Below are positions 31,264-41,677 of a stretch of DNA of 64,000 nt, in pieces. The position numbers and the translations under genes are program-made. This DNA comes from an uncultured Acidimicrobiaceae bacterium. Lineage in GTDB: Bacteria > Actinomycetota > Acidimicrobiia > Acidimicrobiales > RAAP-2. The notes beneath the pieces were generated by a model, which was given only the letters and a program-made list of their open reading frames with translations, had not been told where the DNA came from and did no database searches. Positions within the stretch are counted from its first letter, which is position 1; each line of letters begins with the position of its first letter. Location of the stretch: contig CAVOTL010000007.1 of assembly GCA_963699345.1 (NCBI GenBank), positions 389,352-453,351 on the forward strand, in the 5' to 3' direction.

Positions 31264-32178
31264 ATGGAACTCCGACACCTCCAGGCCCTCACGGCCATCA
31301 GTGACCACGGTACGTTCTCGGCGGCCGCCGATCACCTCGGGACCGTGCAGTCCAACATCTCGGCCCACATCGCCCGCCTCGAAAAGGAGCTGGGCACGCC
31401 GCTGATCGACCGGTCCGACGGACGCCTCACCGCCGAGGGGGCCGTCGTCGTCGCCCGGGCCCGGCGCATCCTGTCCGAGCTCGACGCGCTGATGTCCGAC
31501 GTCGCCGCCTGCAAGGACGAGGTGACCGGCACCGTCCGGGTCGGCATGATCGGCACCACCGCCCGGTGGCTGGTCCCCCGTCTGATGGGCGAGGCGGCGC
31601 AGCGCCACCCGAACCTCCGCCTGGTCGTCATCGAGGGGACCACGACGGGACTCGAGCCCCAGCTGACCACCGGCCAGCTCGACCTGGCGATCCTGCACCT
31701 TCCGGTGGGAAGCAAGGACCTGGTCACCCGCATGCTGTTCGAGGAGGACCTGATGCTGGTGGTCCCCCAGGGCCATCCCATCGCCGGTCTCGACCGCCAG
31801 CTCCAGCTCGAGGACCTCGCCGAGCTCGAGATGCTCCTGCCCCTTCCGGGGACGGCCTTCCGCGACGAGCTCGACAGCGTTACCCGGCCCCTCGGCATCA
31901 CCCTGCTGCCCGCCGCCGAGATCGACGGCCTCCGACTGATCGCCTCACTGACGTTCGAGGGGTACGGCCCGGCCATCCTGCCCGCCACCGCCATCCCGAC
32001 GTGGCTGCGCGAGCACTTCCACCCGGTGCCCGTGGTCGGTCTCCCCCGCCGCCGGGTGGGCGTCGCCCAGCGCAGCCGTGGCCTCCCGTCGGCGCCGACC
32101 CGGGCCCTGCTCGAGCTGCTGGTGGCGACGGTGGCCCAGCCCGTCGGCCGCCCCCAGGGCCTGCACGTCCCCGTCTGA
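31264..32178 (+). CDS. LysR family transcriptional regulator
   Basis: MELRHLQALTAISDHGTFSAAADHLGTVQSNISAHIARLEKELG. ATG 31264 is preferred over the TTG at 31234 given in the ORF track. Confidence 0.9.
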   Translation: MELRHLQALTAISDHGTFSAAADHLGTVQSNISAHIARLEKELGTPLIDRSDGRLTAEGAVVVARARRILSELDALMSDVAACKDEVTGTVRVGMIGTTARWLVPRLMGEAAQRHPNLRLVVIEGTTTGLEPQLTTGQLDLAILHLPVGSKDLVTRMLFEEDLMLVVPQGHPIAGLDRQLQLEDLAELEMLLPLPGTAFRDELDSVTRPLGITLLPAAEIDGLRLIASLTFEGYGPAILPATAIPTWLREHFHPVPVVGLPRRRVGVAQRSRGLPSAPTRALLELLVATVAQPVGRPQGLHVPV

Positions 32179-32236
32179 CGCCCCGGCGGCCCACGGGCGT
32201 CGGGCGTCGGCGGACCGGGGTGTCCGGGGTCGGCGC

Positions 32237-32908
32237 TCAGTTGGTGGTGGGATCGACGGGGAAACCCGACACCAGTGCCAGCGCGCCGCCCTGGCGACGC
32301 AGCACCCGACGCCACAGTCCTTCCGGATCGGCGGAGATGGGATCACGGGCCTCGGCCGGCACCACGTACCACGACCCCTCGCCGATCTCGTCGTCCAGCT
32401 GGCCTCCGTCCCACCCCGCATACCCCGAGAAGAGCCGGGCACCGACCAGCGACGGGGCGAACTCGTCGGGGTCGGCCGCCAGGTCGACGGTCCCCACCGG
32501 CCGCTCGTCGTCGACCAGCAGCCGCCAGCCCGTCGGGCATCCGGGTGATCCCTCCTCAGCGGCCTCGCGCGATGCCAGTCGGACCAGCCCGATGAGGGAG
32601 TTGCGCGCCACCGGCCCACCGGTGAAGAGCTCGGCGGGCGGAGTGGCCACCTCGTGCCACTGGGGCAGGAGCTGGTCGACCGCCACTCCGCCGGGGCGGT
32701 CGATGGCCACACCGAGGGCACCCTGCAGTCCGTGATCGAGCACGAGGATGACGCGACGGAAGAAGTTCGGATCCTCGACGGCCGGGGTGGCCACCAGCAG
32801 ATGGCCCACCAACGACACGGGTTCGGGCTCCCCGCCGAACGGGTCGAACTCGCTGAAGGGGTCGATCGGCACGCCCTGATGATGGCCCACGGAACCGGTG
32901 CCCGGCAC
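32237..32908 (-). CDS. YqgE/AlgH family protein (UPF0301)
   Basis: 223-aa intact ORF. LLVATPAVEDPNFFRRVILVLDH.., FSGYAGWDGGQLDDEI..GSWYV. Confidence 0.85.
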   Translation of the reverse strand: MPGTGSVGHHQGVPIDPFSEFDPFGGEPEPVSLVGHLLVATPAVEDPNFFRRVILVLDHGLQGALGVAIDRPGGVAVDQLLPQWHEVATPPAELFTGGPVARNSLIGLVRLASREAAEEGSPGCPTGWRLLVDDERPVGTVDLAADPDEFAPSLVGARLFSGYAGWDGGQLDDEIGEGSWYVVPAEARDPISADPEGLWRRVLRRQGGALALVSGFPVDPTTN

Positions 32909-32962
32909 GCACGGTGGACCGATGAATGGCGCGGTCGGGCGCCGGTCGGTGAGGCTGTGGCC

Positions 32963-33765
32963 ATGGACCTCGTCTCCGTCGCCTCACCCGGCCCCCCACG
33001 TGCGCACGATCACCTTGGACAACCCGGCCCGGTTGAACTCCATGTCGTTCGCCCTGGTGTCCGACCTGTACGAGGCGATCGCCGGCGTGGCCGCGCGACA
33101 ACGACTGCCGGGTCGTCGTGCTGACCGGGGCCGGACGGGCGTTCTGCTCGGGCCTCGAGCTCGAACACGCCGGTCTCCCGCCCGGGGCCGAGGACCTCGG
33201 TCGCCACCGCATGGGCCTGCGGGCCATGGAGTACATGGGCGGGATCGTGCCGGCGCTGCGCGACATGCCCCAGCCGGTGATCTGCGCGGTCAACGGCCCC
33301 GCCTACGGCGGAGGGATGTGTCTGACGCTCGGCACGGACGTCCGCCTGGCCGGTCGGTCGGCCGTCTTCTGCGGCGCCGGCATCACCAACGGCCTGAGCG
33401 GCTGCGAGCTCGGCGTGAGCTGGCTGCTGCCCCGGGCCGTCGGGACCTCGCGCTCGAACGAGATCCTGCTCACCGGCCGCAAGGTGGGCGCCGAGGAGGC
33501 GGAGCGGATCGGTCTCGTCTCCGAGGTGCTGGAGGACGGCGACCTGCTCGACCGGGCGCTCGGCATGGCCGTCCACCTCTGCGCCCTCAGCCCCCTCGGC
33601 CTCACGCTGACCAAGGACACCCTGTGGGGCTCGCTCGAGGTGGGGAGCCTCCGGACCGCCGTCGACCTCGAGAACCGGACCCAGCTGCTGGCCGGATTCA
33701 CCGGCAACCTGACCGAGGCCGCCGCCGCCTTCAAGGAGAAGCGGCCCCCGGTCTACACGGAGTAG
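32963..33765 (+). CDS. enoyl-CoA hydratase/isomerase (crotonase) family; apparent frameshifts in the first 160 nt
   Basis: VVLTGAGRAFCSGLEL, ICAVNGPAYGGGMCL in ORF 33118..33765. N-terminus MDLVSVASPGP / HVRTITLDNPARLNSMS lies in other frames. Confidence 0.75.
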
Positions 33766-33769
33766 GCCG

Positions 33770-34006
33770 GTGGCCAAGGCCCGACGCGGTCGCAGGACCG
33801 CAGCGCCGCCCCGCGCGATCCGTCGGCGGGCGGCGGGCGCCCGGGAGCACTGGCGGGCCGACGGGATGGCGAAGACGCGCTATCGCCTCGGCCGGCCGAG
33901 GCCAACCGGTACGCCCTGCAGGTGCGTCCTCGAGGACGGCGTGCAGCTGGACCCCTACCGCTGCGGGATCTGCGGCGCCTGGCACCTGGGGAACCGCCGG
34001 GACTGA
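33770..34006 (+). CDS. small Arg-rich ORF with CxC..CxxC motif (hypothetical)
   Basis: 78-aa ORF ending ..PCRCVLEDGVQLDPYRCGICGAWHLGNRRD. No family recognised. Could be non-coding. Confidence 0.25.
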   Translation: MAKARRGRRTAAPPRAIRRRAAGAREHWRADGMAKTRYRLGRPRPTGTPCRCVLEDGVQLDPYRCGICGAWHLGNRRD

Positions 34007-34043
34007 GCGATCGGCGGCATAACTGTACCGTCCGGACGGTATA

Positions 34044-34657
34044 GTGACGCCATGGCGACCACGACCACCCCGATGCGGCTACAGCGCGGCGCCCGGGGCA
34101 CCCCGGGCGCCCCGCGACAGCACCGCCACCAAGCGCCGGATCCTCGACGCGGCCGAGCAGGTCGTGCTCCGCGACGGGGTCGGCCACCTCACCCTCGAGG
34201 CGTCGGCCGCCCAGGCGGGACTGTCCAAGGGCGGCGTGCTCTACCACTTCCCCACCCGGGACGCCCTGGTGTCCGCCATGGTGGCGCGCATCATCGAGCA
34301 GTTCGAGGAGGACATCGCCGCCTACCTACCCGCCGGCGGGCTCCCCCGAACGCGGCCGGCCCGGGCGCGTTCACCCGCGCCTACGTCCGGGCCACCATGG
34401 AGCCCGTCACCGAGGGGGAGGAGCGCCTCGGCGCCGCGCTGCTGGCCGCCGCCGCCGCCGAGCCGGAGCTGTTGGAGCCCCTCCAGACAGGCCGCCGACG
34501 GCTGGCAGGCCCGACTGGTGGCCGACGGGCTGGACCCCGCCACGGCCACCGTCGTGCGCCTGGCCTGCGACGGCCTGTGGCTGTGCGACCTCTTCGGCCT
34601 CGCCTCCCCCCGCGACGCACTCCGCGCCCGCGTGGCCGGCCGCCCTCGAGTCGATGA
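34044..34657 (+). CDS. TetR/AcrR family transcriptional regulator; apparent frameshifts; ends uncertain
   Basis: KRRILDAAEQVVLRDGVGHLTLEASAAQAGLSKGGVLYHFPTRDALV. C-terminal helices (FTRAYVRATMEP.., VVRLACDGLWLCDLFGL) lie in alternating frames. Confidence 0.7.
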
Positions 34658-36018
34658 CCGGGGAGCGCACCATGATCCGCCGCGGGCCCGCCGGCGGCGT
34701 GGCGCCGCTGCCCGACGCCTCGGTGCGGCTCATCCGCACCCTGGCCGTCACCGTCTTCCTCGAGTGGTTCGGGGCGACCTCGATCGTCCCGATGCTGCCC
34801 GTCTACATCCGCCACCTGGGCGGCACCGACGCCCTGGCCGGACTGGTCATGGCCTCGTTCTTCGCGGCCGGCGTGCTGTTCCAGTACCCGGTCGGACGCC
34901 TGTCCGACCGGATCGGGCGCAAGCCGGTCCTGGTGGCCGGGCTCGTCGTCTACTCCGCCGCCAGCTTCGCCTTCCTGCTGCACATCGTCCCGGCCATGGC
35001 CATCCTCCTGCGCGGCCTGCAGGGCCTCGGGGCCGGGGCCTCGGCCGTGGCCGCCCTGGCCATGGTGTCGGGCAGCGTGGCCCGCGAGCGGCGCGGGCGG
35101 GCCTTCGCCTCCATCTACGGCGCCCAGATCTCCGGCATGGCCGTCGGTCCCCTGATCGGCGCCATCGTCGGGGTCCACTACATGTGGGCCATGTTCCTCG
35201 GCTCGGGCGCCGTGGCCCTGGCGGCCTGCATCCCCGCCCTGCGCATCGTCGAGCCGGTCGAGGACGATCGAGACGGCCGACGTCGGCGCCCGGGCCGGGC
35301 CCGGCGTGCCAGCGACGCCGCTCGCCCGGGTGCGCTGGAACCGGTCGATGGCCGGCGCCATGGTGGCCGCCGCCGCCCTCGGCCTCACCACCGGGATCTA
35401 CGACATCTGCTGGACGCTCCTGATGGTGTCCCGGGGCGCCACCGGCTGGGAGATCGGCGTGTCGTGGACGCTCTTCGCCGTGCCCTTCGTGGTGGCCGCC
35501 CGGCCGAGCGGCTGGCTGGCCGACCACATGGACCGTCGCTACCTCGTGCTCGGCGGCGTGGGCCTGGCCATGGTGTTCTGCGCCGGCTACCCCTTCATCC
35601 CCTTCGTGCCGCTGCTGATGATCCTCGGCGGGACCGAGGCCCTCGGGTTCGCCGCCGCCCTGCCGTCCCTGCAGTCCCTGCTCACCCAGGGCTCCGAGCC
35701 GTCCGAGGTCGGTCGCATCCAGGGCATGTTCGGCAGCACCCAGACCGCGTGCACGGCGGTGTCCGCGGCGCTGGCCGGCGCGGCGTTCGCCGTCGCCCGG
35801 TGGCTGCCGTTCCTGTCGGCCTCGGCGTTCACGGCGGTGGCCCTCGTCACCACGGCCGTCATCTGGCGGAAGGTGCCCGGTCACGTGCACCCCGAGACCA
35901 GCGTGGGAGGTCGAGCAGCACCGGGCTGCGTCCGCCCGCCGGTGCGGGCTTCCAGGACCGGCCCCGGCCGACGTCGGCCGGTCAGGCGGCGGTGGGCGTC
36001 AGCTCCGAGGTGCAGTAG
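34654..36018 (+). CDS. MFS transporter; frameshift near 35290; 3' end uncertain
   Basis: FQYPVGRLSDRIGRKPVL motif and TM helices in ORF 34654... Second six-helix half is in ORF 35306..36112. Confidence 0.7.
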   Translation: MTGERTMIRRGPAGGVAPLPDASVRLIRTLAVTVFLEWFGATSIVPMLPVYIRHLGGTDALAGLVMASFFAAGVLFQYPVGRLSDRIGRKPVLVAGLVVYSAASFAFLLHIVPAMAILLRGLQGLGAGASAVAALAMVSGSVARERRGRAFASIYGAQISGMAVGPLIGAIVGVHYMWAMFLGSGAVALAACIPALRIVEPVEDDRDGRRRRPGRARRASDAARPGALEPVDGRRHGGRRRPRPHHRDLRHLLDAPDGVPGRHRLGDRRVVDALRRALRGGRPAERLAGRPHGPSLPRARRRGPGHGVLRRLPLHPLRAAADDPRRDRGPRVRRRPAVPAVPAHPGLRAVRGRSHPGHVRQHPDRVHGGVRGAGRRGVRRRPVAAVPVGLGVHGGGPRHHGRHLAEGARSRAPRDQRGRSSSTGLRPPAGAGFQDRPRPTSAGQAAVGVSSEVQ

Positions 36019-36395
36019 GCGCACTTCGTCGCCTGGTCCGGCACCTTGGACAGGCAGGCGGGGCACTCCCGCACCGGCTCCTCGTCCGGGGTGCGGCCCA
36101 GCTTCTTCATGAGGTGGTTCACCGGCTTGATCACGAGGAAGAAGATCACGGCCGCCACGATCACGAAGTTGATCAGCGCGTCGATGAAGTTGCCGTAGTA
36201 GATCTTCGAGTTGTTGATCGTGACGTGCAGGCTGCCGAACTGCGTGCTCCCGCCGAAGATGGCCTTGATCAGCGGGGTGATGATGCTCGTGGTGAACGCG
36301 TTGACCACCAGGGTGAAGGCGGCGCCGATGACCACGGCCACCGCCAGGTCGAGCAGGTTCCCCCGCAGCAGGAACTCCTTGAACTCCTTGATCAT
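35982..36395 (-). CDS. mscL: large-conductance mechanosensitive channel MscL with a C-terminal CxxC-N10-CxxC extension
   Basis: MIKEFKEFLLRGNLLDLAVAVVIGAAF.. Tail is ..ECPACLSKVPDQATKCAYCTSEL. Confidence 0.9.
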   Translation of the reverse strand: MIKEFKEFLLRGNLLDLAVAVVIGAAFTLVVNAFTTSIITPLIKAIFGGSTQFGSLHVTINNSKIYYGNFIDALINFVIVAAVIFFLVIKPVNHLMKKLGRTPDEEPVRECPACLSKVPDQATKCAYCTSELTPTAA

Positions 36396-36414
36396 GGTCG
36401 GTCTCCTCGGGGGA

Positions 36415-36987
36415 TCAGGGCCGCGATCGGCCGGCGTGAGGCGAATCTATGCCCCCGGGCGCCCGTCCGATCCACCTGTGTCCGGATGGGGCGGCGCCGA
36501 CTAGGGAAGTCCGGCGTGGACGGCGGCCTCCCACCGACCCGTCGACTCGACCTGGCACACCGCCGTCGGCGGCCTGGAGCAGCCAGCCGATGACGGCGCG
36601 GTTGTCGGCATCGGCCGGCACCTCGGCGACGAGGCCGCGCCGGGGATGGTCCTGGGTCACCCGCCACCCCTCCGGCACCGGCAGCCCGAGGTCGCGGAGC
36701 CGCCAGGCCACCCGGGGGCCCGAGGCGTGCTGCAGGCCGACCGTCGTGGGACGGGCCGTCCGTCCCTCCTGGCGCCGGCCGGGCATCCAGGTGATCACCG
36801 GCACCTGATGGGTCGACCCCCCGAGGAAGGCGAACGGGCCCGGTTCGGGCGGCCGGTGCTCCTCGTCGACGATCGGCTCGATGTTGATCCACCCGGTGCC
36901 ACCCGACTGCACCATGGCCATCTGGGCCAACAGTTCGGGGTCGTCGTGGGCCACGAAACCGAAGGTGGTGGGACGGCTGCGGGTCAC
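36415..36987 (-). CDS. hypothetical protein (3' end may instead be 36501 after a frameshift)
   Basis: GTG 36987 forms a GTGA overlap with the rebuilt stop of the upstream LLM gene. VTRSRPTTFGFVAHDDPELLAQMAMVQSGGTGWINIEP.. No family recognised. Confidence 0.45.
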   Translation of the reverse strand: MTRSRPTTFGFVAHDDPELLAQMAMVQSGGTGWINIEPIVDEEHRPPEPGPFAFLGGSTHQVPVITWMPGRRQEGRTARPTTVGLQHASGPRVAWRLRDLGLPVPEGWRVTQDHPRRGLVAEVPADADNRAVIGWLLQAADGGVPGRVDGSVGGRRPRRTSLVGAAPSGHRWIGRAPGGIDSPHAGRSRP

Positions 36988-37873
36988 GTCTGGAGATCGC
37001 CCACCGCGGTCGGACAGGGCCTCGAGCTCCTGGCGCCACGTACCCCGGGGCAGGAGCGGCCGGACCACGAACTTGGAGAAGCCGACCTCCAGGAAGGCCT
37101 CCAGGAAGCGCCGGAGGTCGTCGAGGCCCGCCGGGACCACCGTGGTCGGGTCGACACCCTTGCGGGCCCGCCCGAGGGCGGTCACCAGCTTCGCGTCGAG
37201 GGGTCCCGGGGCGTAGGCCAGCGAGACGCCGAAGTGCTCGCGGCTGATCTCCCGCCCCGCCGCGGCCGCGGCGGCGTCGATGGCGTCGCGCCCGGCCGCC
37301 ACCTCGGCCGGCGTACACGACGAGGGCAGCCAGCCGTCGGCGTAGCGACCACACCGCTCGAGCGCGGCCGGCACCATCCCCCCGGTCCAGAACTCGAGCG
37401 GCTCCTGGACCGGCAGGGGCGCCAGGGTGACGCCGTCGAACGATCCGACCGGCCCGTCGTGGCTCACCGTCTCGCCGGCCCACAGGCGCCGCAGCAGGGG
37501 GAAGGCCTCCTCCATGCGGGGTCCCTTCTCCCTGCCCGGCACGCCGATGGCTCCGGACTCGGGCGCCTGGGCCAGGCCCGGCACGAACGTCACGAGGAGC
37601 CGTCCTCCCGACAGCCGGTCGAGCGTGGCCAGCTGCTTGGCCACCCGCACCACGTTGCGGCCGGGCAGGAGCAGGGTCGTGCCCAGCTTGAGCCGGGGGT
37701 TGTGGGCGGCGGCGAAGGCCAGCGCGGACAGCGGGTCGAGGGTGGGCGCGGACAGGACCTCGGGGAGCCACAGGGAGTCGAACCCGAGCTCGTCGAGGTC
37801 GTCGACGAGCGTGGCCAGGCCTTCGCGGATCGCCATCGAGCGGGCCGGTGCCCACCCCGATCCGCACCTTCAC
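36984..37873 (-). CDS. LLM-class (luciferase-like, probably F420-dependent) oxidoreductase; apparent frameshifts at both ends
   Basis: VKVRIGVGTG.. at 37873, then LDELGFDSLWLPEVL.., LSGGRLLVTFVPG.. in ORF 36415..37836. Confidence 0.65.
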
Positions 37874-37893
37874 CGTCTGACCGCCCTCACCCG

Positions 37894-38600
37894 GACCGGA
37901 TCGTCATCCGACCCCCAACGACGGCCCGTCGAAGCGGTCGACGGTGGCGAACTCCTCCACCGGGCCGCGTCGTAGCCGGGTGGGCTGGTGGACCGGGTGA
38001 CCGAGGGCGAGCAGGCCGGCCACCGCGTGGGTGTCGGGAACCCCGAGGAGTCGCTTCACGCTCGAGCTCCTCCCGCACCACCATGGTGGTCATGACTCCG
38101 GCCAGACCCAGGTCGCGGGCGGCCAGCAGGATGCTCCAGGCGAAGGGGTAGATCGACGCGCCCCCGACCATGGTGTAGCGGTCGAGATCCCGGTCCACGG
38201 TGGCCAGCCGGGTGAAGTCGGCGAGGAGCACCAGGAGGACCGGCACCTCGTCCAGGTGCTCGGCGAAGCCTCCCGGGCCCCTGGGCGGCGGACGTCGGCG
38301 ATCCCGCCGGCGTCGCCCACCGCCCGGCGCTCGGCCTCGCGGTCGGTCACCACGGCCCACGGGGTGAGTCCGGCCATGGACTGGGCGAGGTACTCGTACC
38401 ATCCCGGCAGGTACAGGTCCCGCAGGGCCCGGCGCGTCCCGGGGTCCTGGACGACGACCACCCGCCACGCCTGCCGGTTCCCGCCGTTCGGGGCGAACCG
38501 GGCGGTGTCCAAGCAGGCGGTGGATGGTGGCGTCGTCCACCGGTTCGTCGGTGAACTCGCGCACCGCGCCGGTGGTGCGCAGCGCCTCGGTCAGGTCCAC
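37894..38600 (-). CDS. nitroreductase family protein; apparent frameshifts
   Basis: VDLTEALRTTGAVREFTDEPV.., ARFAPNGGNRQAWRVVVV.. (ORF 38090..38512), MVGGASIYPFAWSILLAARDLGL.. (ORF 37887..38600). Confidence 0.7.
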
Positions 38601-38612
38601 GGCGGTGGGTGG

Positions 38613-39096
38613 CTACAGGTTCTCGAGCACGGCGTCGGCCGCGCTCGACCGTCAGCCCGCCGCCCGGCTCGACGAACAGGGCGGTCACCACTCCGTCCTC
38701 CAGCACCATGGCGTAGCGCTGGGACCGGGTGCCGAGTCCGAACCCGCTGCCGTCCATCTCCAGACCGACCGCCGAGGTGAACTCGCCGTTGCCGTCGGCC
38801 AGGAGCACGACGGCGTCACCCACGTTCTGCGACTCACCCCAGGCGGCCATGACGAACGGGTCGTTCACCGAGATGCAGGCCACCGTGTCCACGCCCTTCG
38901 CCTTCAACTCGTCCTGGCGGATCACGTAGCTCGGGAGGTGGTAGTCCGAGCAGGTGGGGGTGAACGCACCCGGGACGGCGAACAGGACGACCTTGCCCGA
39001 GCCCAGGACGTCGCCGGTCTGCACGTGGGTGGGGGCACCGCCCTCGTTGGTCATGACCTTGATGTCCGGAATCGTGTCGCCGACGGCAATGCTCAT
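38613..39096 (-). CDS. Prx5-type (atypical 2-Cys) peroxiredoxin; one frameshift near the 3' end
   Basis: MSIAVGDTIPD..VVLFAVPGAFTPTCS..HLPSY. Rebuilt C-terminus is ..LTVSSAADAVLENL*. The ATG overlaps the upstream stop (ATGA). Confidence 0.8.
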
Positions 39097-40146
39097 GTTC
39101 CCCCTCCTCGGGTTCGGTCCCCGATCACGCACGGGGATCTCCGGCTCGCCGGGTCGGCGGCCGTACCCGCAGCATACGGTTCGTCGGACGACGCCGAGCC
39201 CCCGGCCGCCCCGACGCCGGACGGTCGGTCGGCGACGGCCGGCAGGACCCGGGAGCCGAACCGCTCGAGGGCGGCCCGCTGGTCGGCCCGGGTGTCGCCG
39301 GGAAGCGCCACGGTCACCCAGTCGACGCCCACGGCGGCCAGCTCGCCGATCGACTCGACGACCCGCGACTCGTCGACCGGGCGGCCCCCCATGGACAGTC
39401 CCTCGGGGATGAAGCACACCGTCAGCGGTTCGCTCCGGCCGACCCGGTCGGCATGCTCGCGGGCGTAGTCCAGGACGACCGCCAGGTCGGTGGCCGACTC
39501 GAGCGGCGCGGTGTGCGTCCGGGCGGCCAGGCGGGGGGGATTCGGGAAGGGGCTCCACCCGTCCGCCGACTCGACGGCCCGACGGACGGCCCGGCGGCTG
39601 TTCCCGCCGATCCACAGCGGGGGGCGCGGGCGCTGCACGGGACGGGGCAGCATGGTGTTGCCCGGCGCGCCGAAGCGTCCGCCGTCCCGGGTGACCGACT
39701 CCCCCGTCCAGGCGGCCTCCATGGCGGCCATCGCGTCGTCCATGCGGTCGTTTCGATCGGCGAAGGGGATGCCGAGCGCCTCGAACTCCGCCTCCAGGTA
39801 GCCGGCGCCCAGACCGCACCACCATCCGTCCGCCGCTCAGCACGTCGAGCGTGGCGATCCCTTTGGCGGCCAGGTACGGATGGCGGTAGGCGAGCACGAA
39901 CAGGTTGGTGTGGAGCAGGACCCTCGACGTGGCCGCGGCCGCGAACGACAGCGCCACGAGTGGGTCGAGGGCATGGTGTCCGCCGTGGGCGAGCCAGTCG
40001 TCCCCCGGGAACGGATGGTCGGTGGTGTAGACGGCGTCGAACCCGACGTCTTCGGCGGCCCGGGCCAGTTCGCCGATGGCCCCGGGCCCGACGAATTCGG
40101 TCCCGAGGTCGACCCGGTGGGTGGGCAGCCCGTAGGAGACGCGCAC
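39093..40146 (-). CDS. LLM-class (luciferase-like) oxidoreductase; one frameshift near 39750
   Basis: VRVSYGLPTH..AEDVGFDAVYTTDHP.. in frame of 38347..40146. ..PRPPLWIGGNS..ADGWSPF.. in ORF 39093..39743. Confidence 0.7.
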
Positions 40147-40150
40147 CGGT

Positions 40151-40592
40151 TCAGCGCCCCGGTCCGACCAGCCCGGCCAGGAACGGCGGCATCCTCGCCG
40201 GCCGGCCGCGCCCGTCGACCGCCCCGTGGACGGTCACGCCCGTGGCCCGGGCCTCGTCCCCGACGGTCAGGAGGTAGCCGACCTGGAACGTGGTGCGGGT
40301 GAGGTCGTCGACGACGACGTGGACAGCCACCAGGTCGTCGAATCGCAGGGGCCGTCGATGGCGGACGTAGAGCTCGAGGACGGCGAAGTCGACGCCACCC
40401 TCGCCGGCGCGCACCTCCTCGTAGGGGAAGCCGGCCTCCCGCAGCATGGCCGCCGCGGGCCTCCTCGAGGTACGCCGGATAGGTGCCGTGGTGGATGATG
40501 CCCATGGCGTCCGTCTCGGCGAAGCGCGTCCGCAGGTGATGGACGAACCGGTACGCCGTCGGATCGAGCGAGGGTGTGAGCGACAGACGCAC
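40151..40592 (-). CDS. acyl-CoA thioesterase (4HBT/YbgC-like hotdog fold); one frameshift near 40450
   Basis: YRFVHHLRTRFAETDAMGIIHHGTYPAYLEEAR (one frame), then FAVLELYVRHRRPLRFDDLV.. (ORF 40151..40639). Confidence 0.7.
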
Positions 40593-40602
40593 GGCGCCGA
40601 CG

Positions 40603-41545
40603 CTACCGGTCCCCCGCAGCCGCGGCGGGCTGGTTCCATTCGATCCAGCCACTCCCCCGCCGGCCGTCGCCCGTCGTGAGCAGTACCTGGGCGCGGGGGA
40701 ACCGGCTCACGCGGCCGTCCTCGGCGGTCAGCACCAGCGGTCCGAAGGCGACCGGCTCGATGGTCAGATCGATATCGCCCGGCTCGATCCGGGCCCGGGC
40801 GACGGAGGGGAGACCCTCGGCGTCGGCGTCCTCGGTGACGTCGAGCCCGGTGAGGGTGACCACCTCACCGGGACGCTGGACGTAACCGAGGGCCGTCCGG
40901 AGTCCCGGGGATGCGGATGTCCGCGCCGTGCAGTCGGGTGCCGTCGTCGAGCCTCCCGGCGAACCAGCACCATCCGAAGTCCCACCAGTCCCGCACGCCC
41001 CAGGAGTGGTCGCGCTGCCCGTGGCCCTCGACGGCCAGTTCCTCGTCGCCCACGGTGATCGTCCCACCCACCAGGCACGGGATCTCGTAGCGGGTGGTGA
41101 CGTCGTACTGGTAGGGGATCCCGTCGGTCGTCCACGTGAGGTCGAGTCCGAGCTGCGTCGGGGTGCCGGGCTCGCCCCGGTAGACGTCGGCCGGACCGTC
41201 GTGCACCACCGCCGGGGCCGTGCCGTGGACCCGGACCCGGTCGAGCGGGGCCTCGATGTCGGCGTCGCAGCGCGTACCCCGGAGCCGTACAGCCCGAGCC
41301 CCATGTCGGGTACCGGGAGGTCGTAGGCCACCGAGGCGACCAGCGGGGCGGTGCGGGGCCGACCACCATGGCCGTCCACCACGCCACCCCGAGGTTCGGG
41401 TACAGCCCGATGCGGGCGTAGGCGGCCACGAGTCCGTCATGGGACACGACGTCGAGGTAGTGGGACTCGTTCCACAGCGGATCGTCCGAAGGGAGGTGGC
41501 GCTCCTCGTCGCCCGGGTCGACGGCGTGCGGGTCGGGATCGGTCA
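40603..41545 (-). CDS. conserved hypothetical protein (possibly lipocalin/AttH-like); split over three frames
   Basis: MTDPDPHAVDPGDEERHLPSDDPLWNESHYLDVV.., ..HGQRDHSWGVRDWWDFGWCWFAGRLDDGT.., ..GWIEWNQPAAAAGDR*. Confidence 0.5.
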
Positions 41546-41677
41546 TCACTGCTCCTCGCTCAGGGCGGCGGCGGCGTCGGACGGGCCCGGTCCGTCCGTC
41601 GGTCGGCACCGGTGGTCCCCCGGGTCTAGCAGGCCCGGGTCGGCCGGGCCCGGCGGGTCGGGCGCGGCTGATCCCGC

